Shown here: in pieces, positions 43,619 through 59,190 of the stretch
Layout of the letters: each line of letters opens with the position of its first letter
How positions within the stretch are numbered: position 1 is the first letter of the stretch
Origin: Octopus vulgaris
Taxonomy: Eukaryota
Length of the DNA: 64,000 bases
Assembly (NCBI GenBank): GCA_951406725.2
Contig: OX597836.1
Span: forward strand, 34,720,001-34,784,000
Direction of reading: 5' to 3'
Notes under the pieces: generated by a model
The model's database searches: none
The model's input: only the letters and a program-made list of their open reading frames with translations
What the model was told of the DNA's origin: nothing
Made by a program: the position numbers and the translations under genes

Positions 43619-43819
43619 CGAAGACGTATTTATCCCGTTCGTTTGTCCTTGTTTGTCCGTTCTGTGTGTAGTCCCTTGTGGGCAGTAAAGAAATAATATA
43701 AAGCTATAAAATATTGGGTTTATACCTGAGATCATGTGCTGAAACCAAAACAATTGCAACGTGGAAGGTGTTTATAAGCCATATAAAAAACACACAAATG
43801 TTTAAATTCACTTAAATTT

Positions 43820-43874
43820 AATTTGTCAAAATATTTTCGTCGCTGTGAGGCCGCGACCTGTTCACTGAGAAAAT
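43820..43874 (-). ncRNA. Type I hammerhead motif with G3-C8 covariant core
   Basis: AAUUUCUCA-GUGAACA-G-GUCGC-loop-GCGAC-GAAA-AUAU-UU-UGACAAAUU. Confidence 0.72.
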
Positions 43875-44014
43875 TCCGTGCTGCATCACGGAATTATAAA
43901 ATTCCTGAAATGTTTACATGTGGTGAAAATTTCATATCTTTTGAGGTCTTGAATGTGTTAAAAATAATAATATGACTGTATAAACACCTTCCCCGCTGCA
44001 ATTGTTTATATCCT

Positions 44015-44063
<49 letters not shown>

Positions 44064-44150
44064 AGAGTTTACGAAAAAAAACAAAAGACGAAGACAGGTG
44101 GTGTACAAAACAAACAGATGTATTAGTATAACGCTCAGGAATAGAAAAAG

Positions 44151-44188
44151 TCTTTTACGTTTCGAGCCTATGCTCTTCTACAGAAAGG
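44151..44188 (-). ncRNA. Minimal hammerhead motif, CUGUAGA core
   Basis: CUUU-CUGUAGA-A-GAGC-AUAG-GCUC-GAAACGUA-AAAG; host repeat 44060-44250 aligns with 12750-12869. Confidence 0.68.
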
Positions 44189-44252
44189 GACACAGAAAAA
44201 ACAAGGAGAGAAAAAAATGTGTGTAGTGGCTAACGATCTATCATGGCGACTG

Positions 44253-44302
<50 letters not shown>

Positions 44303-44324
44303 AAGTCAAGTAAACTTCATTTCA

Positions 44325-44470
44325 GTCCCAGACGCCTTTCAGCCTGAAGATGTTAGAAACATCTACAGTAGGGTTTGGTTGTCCAAGGCCGGATATGCTA
44401 GTCATATAAGATCTCATGACGGCATTGATTGAAGAGGTACACTTCCGTAAAGAAGTGGAAATCACTGTCA
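44325..44470 (+). mobile_element. RTE-X-like LINE, extreme 3' end
   Basis: SRVWLSKAGYASHIRSH zinc-finger remnant. Confidence 0.5.
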
Positions 44471-44472
44471 TG

Positions 44473-44507
<35 letters not shown>

Positions 44508-44633
44508 ATAATATATATGCGTATATATATATAGATATATAGACATACATATGCATATATATACCTATATATATACATACAGATGTATGTATATGCATAT
44601 ATGTCTATATATATATATATATATATATATGTA

Positions 44634-44681
<48 letters not shown>

Positions 44682-44777
44682 TACACATATATATACATAT
44701 ATATATATACATACTTTACATTTATATATACATAGATATATACATATATATAAATATACAACCACACATACAAACAG

Positions 44778-44812
<35 letters not shown>

Positions 44813-44837
44813 TGCATATGTATGTATGTATGTATGC

Positions 44838-44868
<31 letters not shown>

Positions 44869-45004
44869 TGTATGTATGTATGTATGCATATGTATATATG
44901 TATGTATGTATATGTTTATATATGTATAAATGTATACATATATTTTTTGCTGACGTAACAAGAATTTTTATAAACTTTCCAGAGAACGTAAATGAATTTT
45001 CTGG

Positions 45005-45152
45005 AACAGTGGATCTCGAAGTCCGTAAAGCTGCAAATAATAGCATATAAATGATGGGTAGTCTTCAAATGTTTCTGTCCAAAATAGATTTTTCAACCCA
45101 ATATTTATATATATCATTATTTATAGCTTTATTTACTTCGAGATCTATCGTT
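45005..45152. repeat. Degenerate ~55 bp inverted repeat (old MITE?)
   Basis: GATCTCGAAGT..TAAAGCT..AAATAAT vs ATTATTT..AGCTTTA..ACTTCGAGATC. Confidence 0.6.
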
Positions 45153-45241
45153 TCCCAAAACAAATACACAGCTACATATAATACACACACACGCATACAC
45201 ACACGACCACACACACATACATACATATACATATATATATG

Positions 45242-45296
<55 letters not shown>

Positions 45297-45350
45297 GTAT
45301 GTATGTATACGCACATATATATATATATATATGTATGTATACACACACAC

Positions 45351-45422
<72 letters not shown>

Positions 45423-45424
45423 AC

Positions 45425-45521
<97 letters not shown>

Positions 45522-45762
45522 GCACATATATATATATATATATGTATATATGCATGTGAGCGTGTAAACATTCTATTGTCAGTGTGCTGTCAGTTTGTCG
45601 TTACTGATAAACGTAATAAATGGTTTTATAATGTCTTAAGCTGTTAAGTGCCAAAATTCTATCGCTTTCTCCTTCTCGTTACACGCATTCAGAAAAAAGA
45701 TGAGCTTTCAGATGATGGACGATTGTGTCTGTATACATGCATGTATGTGTTCGTGCATGTAT

Positions 45763-45799
<37 letters not shown>

Positions 45800-45930
45800 C
45801 GTACATATTTATATACACTCACATGCATATAGACATACATATATATATGCATATATGTGTGTTTCTGTGTGTGTGTGCATGAATGTATGTATATATAGGT
45901 AAGTAGGAATGTTCCTTATCAGCATGTGAA

Positions 45931-45971
<41 letters not shown>

Positions 45972-46611
45972 GAATGAATATGTATTATGAATATATGTAC
46001 ATTTGCATGTATATAGTCGGATTTTCACACACACACATATGTGTATGTATGTATGTATGTATGCTTGTATGTATGTATATATGCATTTATGTATGTATAT
46101 ATGTATGTATGTATATATGTATGTATGTATTTATGTATGTATGTATGTATGTATGTATTTATGTATGTATGCATGTATTTATGTATGTATGCATGTATTT
46201 ATGTATGTATGTATGTATGTATGTATGTATGTATGTATGTATGTATGTATGCTGTGATTGTGTGCTGTACGTATTTGCATTTGTTATTTATTTTTGCATG
46301 TGCGTCTGTCAGTATTGCGTAAGAGACCAGATATTTCCTTCTATGTACCAAAATATTTTCTTAAGCACTTTCGGTGTCTGTGTGTGCGTGTGCTTTATCT
46401 ATCTATATCTTCATAATCTGTATGCGTTTTCATGAACAAAAAAACTGACTCAATACGTTACGCCGAACAATTATATTTATTATGATATAGTTGATAAATA
46501 TGATTACTATTCCCTGGATTTAAGTTTCGTGCTAAAGAGAGCATTCTTCGCTGTATTTTATTCGAGTAAAGAGTTACATTCGAATAACGGATGTATTCGA
46601 ATAGCAAACTA

Positions 46612-46780
46612 ACACCACATTACATGGCTTACTCATTCCTTTCCTTTTAATGTTAAAACAAATACAGAAAAAAGTCGCTTATACGACATTGATAAACATT
46701 TTCCACTCAACCAGATACCGGGAAAAATTTGATAGGAATAACATCAAAGTAAGCTATAGTTGCACAGTCAATATGAAGAA
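46612..46780 (+). pseudogene. Penelope-like RT C-terminal/linker remnant
   Basis: ITWLTH..FNVKTN..TRYREKFDRNNIKVSYSCTVNMK, matching the PLE WFNPP..NVKTN..KIFNRN.IK.SYSC..NM motif. Confidence 0.7.
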
Positions 46781-46894
46781 GTCAAAACAGTTCTTAACTT
46801 TCATTACACATGTAAAGATAAACAGTCATGGGCCTTTAAAGAAAACTGAAATCAGAATGCAGTCCTTCATTCTACCAGTGTAACCTCACTTAAT

Positions 46895-47580
46895 ATCGGT
46901 TTAAAATTTTAGCACAGGGTCAGCTATTTTGGGGGAAGGAGCAAGTCGATTAAATCGACCCCAGTGTTCAACTGGTATTTATTTTATCGAATCCCGAAAG
47001 GATAAAGGGCAAAGTTGACCTCGGTGTAATTTGAACTCAGATCGTAAAGATGGATGAAATCCATCTTCACGATGGCTATTATCTCTCATTCTCTTTTCGG
47101 TGAAACGATTCCGGGTTATGTCACATTGCGTGGCACATGGACCAAGTGTCATCTACTATAGATCGTAGCCGACCAAACATCGTGAGTGGATTTCGTAGAC
47201 GGAAACTGAAAGAAGCCCGTCGTATATATGTTTAAATCACACTGCGTAACACCTTGCGTAATAGTCCGGATACTTATTGGTCAGGTCTCGTACTGTAAGC
47301 ATTTTACCTGGCGTGCTAACGGTTCTGCCAGCTCGCCGCCTTTATAATAAAAATTTTGGTTTCACGTTTTGTCACATTCATATGAGAGCGTTTAGCTTAG
47401 TGGCTAGTATATTATACTCACGATCCCGAGATCTTGGTTTCGATTCCCTGACTGAACGCTGCGCTGTATTTTTGAGCAAAACACTTCATCTCATGTTGCT
47501 TTGGGATCATTTCGAGATCTGACTTGTGACACACCGTGTACCTGTTCAGGTAACGTCAATTTAATAGTGGGAGTGAGCTA
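46895..47580. mobile_element. Nested SINE fragments (family B minus, family A plus, CORE-type plus)
   Basis: Similarity to the other copies in this window. Confidence 0.75.
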
Positions 47581-47581
47581 A

Positions 47582-47693
<112 letters not shown>

Positions 47694-47859
47694 AGTATAT
47701 ATGTATATATAAAGGAGAGAGAGACAGAAAGAAAGAAAAAAGGAGAGAGAAATGATTATAATCATATACATATATATGTATAGTCATGTGTATAAAGGTC
47801 CTTACATATGTATATATGTAATGCATATATAATATGTAATATTATACACACACACACAA

Positions 47860-47943
<84 letters not shown>

Positions 47944-48103
47944 ATACATATATATATGGGCTGTTTCATCTTGTCAGGTGATAGCGATCTCATTATTCAT
48001 TGTTCAGTGAATCTCTCTTTAGCGTTGTACGCCCATATTTTCTAAGATATCTCCCCCCCTCTGTCTCTTTCTCTTTCACTGTCTCCCTTTCATCTCTCTC
48101 TTC

Positions 48104-48149
<46 letters not shown>

Positions 48150-48714
48150 AGACAAGATGATGATTTACAAGTTCTAGAGCAGCTTGACAGGCAAAACTCA
48201 GCATCGCTCCAGAATTGATTTATTTTCTATGCAGAATGACATTTTTGTGCACTGCCGTACGCGTTTGCAGTCTGCTTTTGGAATTACACACTTTGCTGCA
48301 CACTACGCAAATGATATTTTTCTGAACGCTGAGGTAAAATATTGGTGTCAATAGGGAATTTCAATGAGAACGTGTGTGCAGTTTTATGTGATTACGATAA
48401 CTTGCTTTGACAGCAGGTTACATCTTGTTCGTTTGGCACTCAAATAAGGAGTTCAGAATAAGACGGGAACTTGTTCGGAGTCGTCTCCTTTATGTTCACG
48501 AAAACTGAAAATATTATTTAATCATTTGACAGTTATTGTTTTGTTTGTTGCTTATTTCGTCATTGCATATCCTCATATTTAATTCTAGTTAGCTTTTTAG
48601 CTTACTCTACGTTATAAATATATTACCCCTAACTTAGCTATCGTATTTCATACAGATGATGTTTATTTAATTAAGGATTCATTCATCTCTACTACAACAA
48701 GTACGGTGAGGCTA

Positions 48715-48945
48715 GGCGGCGAGCTGGCAGAAACGTTAGCACGACGGGCGAAATACGTAGCCGTATTTCGTCTGTCGTTACGTCGTGAGTTCAAATTCCG
48801 CCAAGGTAGACTTTGCCTTTCATCCTTTCGGGGTCGATAAATTAAGTACCAGTTACGCACTGGGGTCGATGTAATCGACTTAATCCGTTTGTCTGTCCTT
48901 GTTTGTCCCCTCTATGTTTAACCCCTTGTGGGCAGTAAAGAAATA
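48715..48945 (+). mobile_element. Full SINE family B
   Basis: GGCGGCGAGCTGGCAGAAACGTTAGC through GTAAAGAAATA. Confidence 0.93.
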
Positions 48946-49185
48946 TATATACTTCACTGACGATATCAAAGTAACACCGAAACATGTGTTGCGTCGTATC
49001 ACCAGTACAAAGATCTGTTATTCAACGAGGAGACAGTCAGCTCTTTAAAGTCTCTCGATGTTTGGTACGCCTCAAATATTTCTTTCGTGAAATCTCTGAA
49101 CTAAATTGAGGTGACAACCGTGCGTTGTCCATGTTTGAGATAACTAACAAATTGTCAAAACATTTATCATAAAACACTTAATATA

Positions 49186-49413
49186 TATTTCTTTACTACC
49201 CACAAGGGGTTAAACACAGAGGAGACAAATAAGGACAGACAAAGCGATTAAGTCGATTACATTGACCCCAGTGCGTAACTGGTACTTAAGTTATCGACCC
49301 CGGAAGGATGAAAGGCAAAGTCGACCTCGGCGGAATTTGAACTCGGAACGTAACGGCAGACGAAATACGGCAACGCATTTCGCCCGGCGTGCTAACGATT
49401 CTGCCAGCTCGCC
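49186..49413 (-). mobile_element. Full SINE family B
   Basis: Reverse complement of 48715-48945. Confidence 0.93.
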
Positions 49414-49469
49414 GGTGCCGTTACCAACTGCCCAAACCTTATTTTCTAAATTGCTAGGAACCTGTCTCT

Positions 49470-49760
49470 TGACAAAATATCCCCCAAGACATAAGAACGA
49501 GCCAACAGCTCCTAACCTGTGTGTGCAACTTCGTATGATTAATATAAGTTGCTTTCGAAGGAATAGCGTGTCGACGTGTATCACATTTGTAACTGCTCGG
49601 AGCTTTTCTGGCGCTATCAACCAGATTGGAAACCCGGGTTGGTGTGAGTTGAGTCACTTTGCAATGTTTCTGTTGTATTTGAGTTTTCCTAAAAATGATG
49701 AACCTATGTGGACTAAACTTCCAATAAAACGAAACCAGTAGCTCTCCTTTCATTCCGTAA
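49470..49760 (-). mobile_element. Possible RTE-X-like LINE 3' remnant
   Basis: YKCDTRRHAIPSKATYINHTKLH resembles a decayed C2H2 finger. Confidence 0.4.
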
Positions 49761-49794
49761 ATGGTGCATTGCTATTAATAGAAATAGAATTAGA

Positions 49795-50120
49795 AGGCGG
49801 CGAGCTAGCAGAAACGTTAGCACGCCGGGCGAAATGCTTAGCAGTATTTCGTCTGCCGTTACGTTCTGAGTTCAAATTCCGCCAAGGTCGACTTTGCCTT
49901 TCCTTTCATCCTTTTGGAGTCGATTAAATAAGTACCAGTTACGTACTGGGGTCGATGTAATCGTCTTAATCCGTGTGTCTGTCCTTGTTTGTCCTCTCTG
50001 TGTTTAGCCCCTTGTGGGTAGTAAAGAAATAGGTATTTCGTCTACGTTCGCTACGGTGGCCAGTTACGCACTGGGGTCGGACTGGTGGTTTGTCCCCTCT
50101 GTGTTTAGCCTTGTGGGTAT
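49795..50120 (+). mobile_element. SINE family B with a tandem partial second unit
   Basis: Junction at 50031/50032. Confidence 0.9.
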
Positions 50121-50178
50121 ATAGTGATGACGGCGGCAGGTAGTGGTGGTGGTGGAAGTGCTGGTGATGGTGTTGTTG

Positions 50179-50210
<32 letters not shown>

Positions 50211-50399
50211 GGTGGTGGTGTAGTGGTCATTTTGACGATGGAGACAAAACCGGCTGGACAGATCAGTCCTTACAGTATAGAAGGACACCTTAAACAGAGC
50301 CGTGGAATGCTGTTAATTATGGGTTTGCTCAACCGATCTCAAAGCATTCCGGCCTCTCTCACCGAACCACTAAGCGCGCCATCTACAAATGATAGTTAT

Positions 50400-51795
50400 G
50401 CTACAACCACATAATACCATCATAACCACTGTCTCCACAACCACAACCATCCAATCACCACCCTCACTAACACCACCACAAACACAACCACCACCGCCAC
50501 CAACACCATCACCAACACCACTACAACACCACCAATATCACCACTACCACCACAGCCAGCACCATCACTCCCACCACCGCCATCACTACCGCTACCACCA
50601 TCTCCCCCACTGCACACTACCATCATCACCACCACCATAATGACCACCATCTGGTTATTTTCACCACCACCACCACCACACCACTATCACCACCACCGTC
50701 ACCATCATCACCGCTACAACCACCACTACCACTACCACCGCCACCATCACCACCACTACCACCATCATCACCACCGCCACTATCACCACCACTACTACCA
50801 TCACTACCACCACCACCGCCACCGTCACCACCACTACCACCACCACTACCACCACCACCATCACTACCACCACCACCGCCACCGTCACCACCACCACCAC
50901 CACCACCACTATCATCACTACTGCCACCGCCACCACCACCACCACAGCCACCACACTACCACTACCACCATCATCACCACCATCATTACCACAGCTACCA
51001 CCATTACCACCGCCACCGTCACCATCACTACTACCACCACTACCACCATCCCTACCAATGCCACCATTACCTCCACCACCATCACCACCACCACCATCGC
51101 CACCATCACTACCACCACCACCGCCACCACCACTACCACTGCCACCGCCATTACTACCACCACCATCACTACCACTGCCTCCACCATCACAACCACCACC
51201 ACAAGCACAACCACCACCACAACCACAAACACCACCACAACCACCACCACCACCACCACCATCAACACCACCTCCACCACCATCACTACTATCACCACCA
51301 CCACCACCACCGCCACCACCACTACCACTGCCACCACCACCACCACCACCATCACTACCACTTCCACCATTACCGCCACCACCATCACCACCACCACCAC
51401 CACCACCACCACTACCACTGCACCACTACCACCACCACCACCACCACCACCACCACCGCCATCACCACCCACTACCACTGCCACTACCCCACCACCACCG
51501 CCGCCACCACTACCACTACCACGACGACCACCACCACCACCATCACTACCACTGCCACCATTACCGCCACCACCACTACCGCTGCCACCACCACCATCAC
51601 TATATGTGTGTATATACCACAACCACCACCACCTTCACCACCGCCACTACTACTGCCACCACCACCACCACCGCCGCCACCACCATGATATTCGTAACAT
51701 GGTTGTTACAACAGTGTTTTTGTTCTGCTCCAAGAGTAAAACACAAAAGATCCTTTTGTACTGACTTTATCGCATTAGCATTGTTTATGTTGCAG

Positions 51796-51830
<35 letters not shown>

Positions 51831-52102
51831 ATTGTGGTGGTGGTGGCGGTGGTGGTGGCGGTGGTGGTGGTGGTGGCGGCGACACAGACTGCGGTGGCGG
51901 GATGGCGGTGAGAGTTACGCTGGTGATGGGAGTGAGAGAGTGAGGGTAAGCTGGCAGTGGTGGTCGTGGCGGTGGGAGTAGTTGTAAATGACGAGAGTGG
52001 AGGAGGAGGCGGCGGCGTCGGTGGCGTCGGCGTGGGTTGTGGTGGCAGTGGTAATAATGATGACGGCGGCCGGTAGTGATGGTCGTGCTGGTGGTGGCGG
52101 CG

Positions 52103-52173
<71 letters not shown>

Positions 52174-52180
52174 CGTGGTG

Positions 52181-52236
<56 letters not shown>

Positions 52237-52354
52237 GATGGTGGTGGTGGTGGTGGTAGTGGTGGTAGTAGTAGTAGTAGTAGTGGTGGTGGTGGTGGTG
52301 GCCGTAGTAGTAGTAGTAGTTGTGGTGGTGGTGGTGGCCGTAGTAGTAGTTGTT

Positions 52355-52391
<37 letters not shown>

Positions 52392-52450
52392 CAGCAGCTG
52401 CGTTGATGATGATGATGATGATGATGACGACGACGACGACGACGACGATG
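50400..52450. repeat. (CAC/CAT/TAC)n tract (50400-51690), then complementary (GTT/GTG/GTA/GAT)n tract (51790-52450)
   Basis: Seen directly. Confidence 0.95.
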
Positions 52451-53054
52451 TTTAGGGTGGATGATGAGGATGGGGCTACGGACGTGCGGTACTCGGTTGT
52501 GGTACGGCGGAGTGGTACGGCGGCGAGGAGGTACGGGTTGCGATAGCAAGGCCATCTATGTATATATGCTAAAACGACGAAACTTGTCACTTAACAAAAA
52601 AAAACAAAAACAACAAAACAAACAAAATGGTATATAATTGCTTGTATTAGTTGATGATACTAGCAGCAAAAATTTATATTGGTCATAGGTTTTTAATGAT
52701 TGGCAAAGCGATAACATTAACCCTGACCCCTTCGGAAAGAACTTCAATCAACAACAGAATAAGAGGCCGTCACAAATGCTGGGGGTTTTTTTAATTGCGT
52801 ATTTCTTTCCCAGAGTCGCTAATCTTACAAAAAATGCTGTCGATCTGTTAGTAAACAGAGATCTTTGAAAAGTGCATAAGCTGCAACTGTTTGGATAAAA
52901 AGGGAGATTTATTAACTCTCAGAGCAGTGACCTTTTTTTTTATTATTTTATTTCATTTTTTTCTCTTTTTCTTTTTTTTTTTCGGTGGGGGGTTAGTCAA
53001 TTCTCTTGGTATTCTAAATAATCTGGCTTCCTTAATTAATTCTTCTATGGGTTT

Positions 53055-53110
53055 GTGTGTGTATGTATATATGTATATATGTATATATAAATATACACAC
53101 ACACACACAA

Positions 53111-53142
<32 letters not shown>

Positions 53143-53150
53143 ATATATCC

Positions 53151-53187
<37 letters not shown>

Positions 53188-53454
53188 TTATACATATATA
53201 TACATATGTACATATATATACACATATATACACATATATATCCATATATATATGTATACACACATACACATACATATATATATGTATATAAATATACACA
53301 TATATATACGTATATATATATATAAATATACACATATATGTGTACACATATATATACGTACATATATATTTATGTATACACATATATGTATATATATGTG
53401 TGTGTGCATGTATATATGTGTGTGTGTATATGTGTGTATATATATGTATATATA

Positions 53455-53516
<62 letters not shown>

Positions 53517-53645
53517 GGTAAAAAGATTAATTTTCTTTGGCAGAATAAAACCAAACTCTGAGTCTCACGATGTAAACAAGGCTGTGTTTCACAAAAATAA
53601 TTGTCTACTCCACAGTGCCAACTTACTTTATTCAACTTAAACTCT

Positions 53646-53703
<58 letters not shown>

Positions 53704-54064
53704 ATGTGTGCGTGTGTGTGTGTGCGTGTTTGTGTGTGTATGCATTCAGTGGTGAAAATCGAAATGAAACATGGGAAAAAAACGATTAAAAGAAAAGGTC
53801 AAATTAAATTTGGAACACCCGTCGTCAGACATAGAGACCAGAATCCACGTAGTTTCGGCACATTTAAAATTCAAGCCCTTTAAATCCCTTTGGTTGTGGC
53901 AGTAATAGTTCATATGACTGTTGTGACAGACATTACTGAAAAAAAAAGAACGAGCACGAAAAATGCAGATGACAACATACAAGCGAAGCGAAAGACTACG
54001 GACATATGCATGTAACACAGGTTGATAAAAGCGATGGATACACACACTCACACGCATACATACA

Positions 54065-54096
<32 letters not shown>

Positions 54097-54195
54097 CACA
54101 CCCATACTCCCATATGTATATTTATGTATGTATGCATTATGTACCTGTATATGTGAGTGTATGTATTCATGCATGTATCTACGTATGTATTTATG

Positions 54196-54229
<34 letters not shown>

Positions 54230-54656
54230 TGTATGTATGTATGCATGTATGTATGTATGCATGTATGTATGCATGGATGTATGTATGCATGTATGTATGT
54301 ATATGTATGTGTACGCATGTATGTATTTATATATATATATATATGCATGTATGCATGTATGTATGTATGCATGTATGTATTATGTATGTAGGTAGGTATG
54401 TATGCATGCATGTATACATGTATGTATGCATGTATGCATGTATGTATGTATGCATGTATGTATGTCTATATGTATGTATGTATGCATGTATTATCTATGT
54501 ATGTATGTATGTATGTATATATGTATGTATTTATGTATGTATGTATGTATGCATGTATGTATGTATATGTATGTGTACCGCATGTATGTATTTATATATA
54601 TATATGCATGTATGCATGTATGTATGTCTGTATATATATATATATGTATGTATACG

Positions 54657-54701
<45 letters not shown>

Positions 54702-54825
54702 GTATGTATGCATATGTATATGTATGTATTATGCACCTGTATATGTAGGTGTATGTATGTATGTATGTATTTGCATGTATGCGTATATATATAACGTACG
54801 TGCATACATGTACATGATGTATGTA
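53055..54825. repeat. Compound (TA)n/(TG)n/(TATG)n region
   Basis: Seen directly; short unique spacers. Confidence 0.9.
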
Positions 54826-55789
54826 TTGCAACCTTTAGGCAAGGCACAGAAAAGCAGCACTCACCAAATGGCAACGCCAAAGAAAATGAAAATAACTTTG
54901 GTCTCGTTGTAAACAAGAGAAAAGACAGAATGAGAGAGAGAGAGAGAGAGAGAGAATTTAGGATTGGTACTTGCAGTGACAATAAGGAATAACACCAGCA
55001 GGGTGCAAGCCAGAAAGGGGAGTAAAAGAGGAAGAGAGTAAGGATGAAAGAGAACAGGTAACACAAATAACCGTAAATACGCCCATACCTTCACTGAAAA
55101 AAACTGAAAATAAAATGTAGCTTGTTAAAACGTTAGATGCTTGCTTTTACGGAGAGATTTATCGCTGGATACGGGTGTGGTCAGACAAGGACTTCAGAAT
55201 AGTAAGATAGGAGTTGTGGGGGAGATTGCAGCAGGGGATGGGATAGGGTAAGGGGGAGAATTGAAACGCTGGGTGTTGGGGTAGCGGCAAACTGGTAAGA
55301 GATGGATGAGATGAAAGCGTTCTGAAGGAATACGTTTTTCACTGTGGATGGCCATGTGGTTGTGAAATACAAGAGAGATAAGGAAGAGAAAATTTCAGAT
55401 TATGTGTTTGTGGGAGCAACAAATGTGTTGCTCGTTCACACGTGTAATGCACACACGTGCATGCATATACGTGCACGAACCTAATGTGTCTTTCATAAAG
55501 AACAAATAATGGATACGTTTCGACCTGGGCAACATAAAATATTCTGCTGGAATGGATGCACGTAAGCATGAACATGCGCAGACATACATACATACATACA
55601 TACATACATACATACATACATACATACGTACATATATACATACATTAATAAATAAGCAGATAGATATACATATACATATGTTACCTCTCTCTATCTATCT
55701 AGCTACCTAACTTTCTGTTTATCTGTCTATCTATAACTATATATATTCATACATACATACATAAACAAATAGATATATATATATACATA

Positions 55790-57090
<1,301 letters not shown>

Positions 57091-57099
57091 AGCATAAAA

Positions 57100-58475
57100 T
57101 CCACCCAGGTATGGATGACTCATTCGGTATTCCTTGAAGAAATCTGTCCAGACTCTGTTTAAAGTGGATGGGATCCTTTTCCTCTTTGATCTCAGCACAA
57201 TGTTCAACAGGGCAGGGCCTGTTGCGGAAAAGAAATTATGTTGCAGTGTACCTATATGCTGTGATCCTGATTTGGGCAGGGTACGTACGGCCCGTGGTCC
57301 CAGCCTTGGATGAACCTTGAAACTAATGTTCAGGTCGTTTGAGCAAAGTTGGCGGTATTCTCCACATCGTACAAATGATGTACCGCTCGCGGCGGCGCTG
57401 GAGAGAGTAGAGTTTCAAGGTTTTAAGGCGGTCCCAATAATCGAGAGCAGTCATGCCTTTAATTCGTTTAGTGAGTGCCCTCTGGGGTGATTCAATCCTC
57501 GATATGTTTTGTCTTGTATGGGGAGACCGCATTGGGCAGCAGTATTCGAGGTGTGGCCTTACAAAGGAGGAGAAAAGCGGTATGATGACACCTTGTTCTC
57601 TGGACCGGAAGGTTCTTAAGATCCAGGAGCTCATCCTACGAGCAATATCGACCTTATTGTTGATGTGGGCACTCCAACTGAGATCGTCATCAACAATTAC
57701 ACCCAGGTCTCTGATATTGTTAGAGGCTGTGAGCGGTTCCCCTGAAGGAAGAGAGTATGGTTGTTTTAGTGAGGAATTTCTTCCAAAATGCATCAGCTCA
57801 AATTTTCCCTCGTTCAGTTGCATTTTGTTTCTGTCTGCCCATTGACTCACAGCATATAGATCAGACTGCAGCTGAGTTCGGTCTGCTTCTTCATTGATGA
57901 TTTGCTGGAGCTTAGTGTCATCAGCAAATATTTTCACTTTGCAGTAATGTACGACGCTGGAAAGGTCGTTTATGCATATTATAAAGAGTAGCGGGCCGAA
58001 GACAGTCCCCTGGGGGACACCGCTGGTGACTTTTGCTGGGCTTGAGTGGACTCCATCGACTACAACATGTGTTCTATTCACCAGGAAATACTTAATCCAG
58101 TGTAGAAGTTTTCCACGGATTCCAACATTTGCCAATTTTGAGAGTAGGATATTATGATCAACCCTGTCGAACGCTTTACTGAAGTCAAGATATATAACAT
58201 CAGAGTTCGAACCTGTTCCCAAGGCTTTAAGTATATCTTCAATGTGGTGTAAGAGCTGTGTTAGACAGTCCCTGCCAGAGTTTGTGGGTCTCCAGGAAGT
58301 CAGATATCCTTGATCTTAACACTCTTTCAAACACTTTAATGATGTGGGAGGTGAGTGAGATTGGGCGATAGTTGACTGCGTATGATCTGTTTCCATATTT
58401 GAAAACCGGGATGGCAGACTGGAATAGAAGCTGTTTCGGTATATAACCTGAGTCTAACCAATTTGTCAATAGTAC
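57100..58475 (-). pseudogene. CR1/L2-type LINE reverse transcriptase, disrupted
   Basis: NYRPISLTS; YLDFSKAFDRVDH; SGVPQGTVFGPLLF; FADDTK; RPHLEYC; LYSLQRRRER; frameshifts at both ends of the 299 aa ORF. Confidence 0.93.
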
Positions 58476-58739
58476 GCACTAGGGAATTTGACCATTAAGA
58501 TTTGGGGGGAAAATGCGGATTATACTCGAGGATTTACAGTATTTCTTCCGGATGTTAACGTTCTGAGTTCAAATTCCGCCGATGTCGACGCTAAATTTCA
58601 TTCCTTTCGTGGCCGAAAAAATAATTATCAGACAGGTATCGGGGTGGATATGATCGACTTGTCCTTTTTCTTCATTACTGATTTCAAATTTTGGCATAAT
58701 GCTAGTAATTTCGGTGTAGGTGCTTGACTGATATTTAGT

Positions 58740-58968
58740 GGAGGCGCATTAGTGGTTAAGGTGTTGGACTCATGACCGTAAGATTGTGGTTTCGATTCCA
58801 GGACCGGGCGATGCGTTGTGGTCTTCAGCAAAACGTTTCATTTCACGTTGCTCCTGATCACTCAGCTGGCAAAATTGAGTCACCCTGCAACAGACCGACA
58901 TCTTGTCCAGGTGCAGAATGTATTCGCTATGGAAACTGGCCCTTAGGGGTCGGCATGACTCGAGAGAG
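58740..58968 (+). mobile_element. tRNA-derived SINE with CORE-like and V-like segments
   Basis: TAGTGGTTAAGG A-box; GGTTTCGATTCC B-box; CCCTGCAACAGACCGACATCTTGTCCAGG. Confidence 0.65.
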
Positions 58969-58975
58969 TAACTTT

Positions 58976-59190
58976 ACCTATTTCTTTACTGCCCACAAGG
59001 GGCTAAACACAGAGGGGACAAACAAGGACAGACAAACGGATTAAGTCGATTATATCGACTCCAGTGCGTAACTGGTACTTCTTTAATCGACCCCGAAAGG
59101 ATGTAAGGCAAAGTCGACCTCGGCGGAATTTGAACTCAGAACGTAGCGGCAGACGAAATACCACTAAGCATTTCTGCCAGCTCACCGCCT
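58976..59190 (-). mobile_element. SINE family B
   Basis: Family body and head. Confidence 0.9.

Noticed and set aside
44344-44365. CUGAAGAUGUUAGAAAC
   Set aside because: No room for stem II; lies within a LINE coding remnant
46517-46551. Minus-strand GCGAAGA-A-UGCU..AGCA-C-GAAACUUAAAUC next to the PLE remnant
   Set aside because: Plausibly a dead hammerhead, but the 3-8 pair and stem I are broken
48957-48987. CUGACGA..GAAACAUGU
   Set aside because: No stem II pairing and G at the cleavage position
55320-55375. CUGAAGG..GAAA
   Set aside because: Non-canonical core and no closing stems
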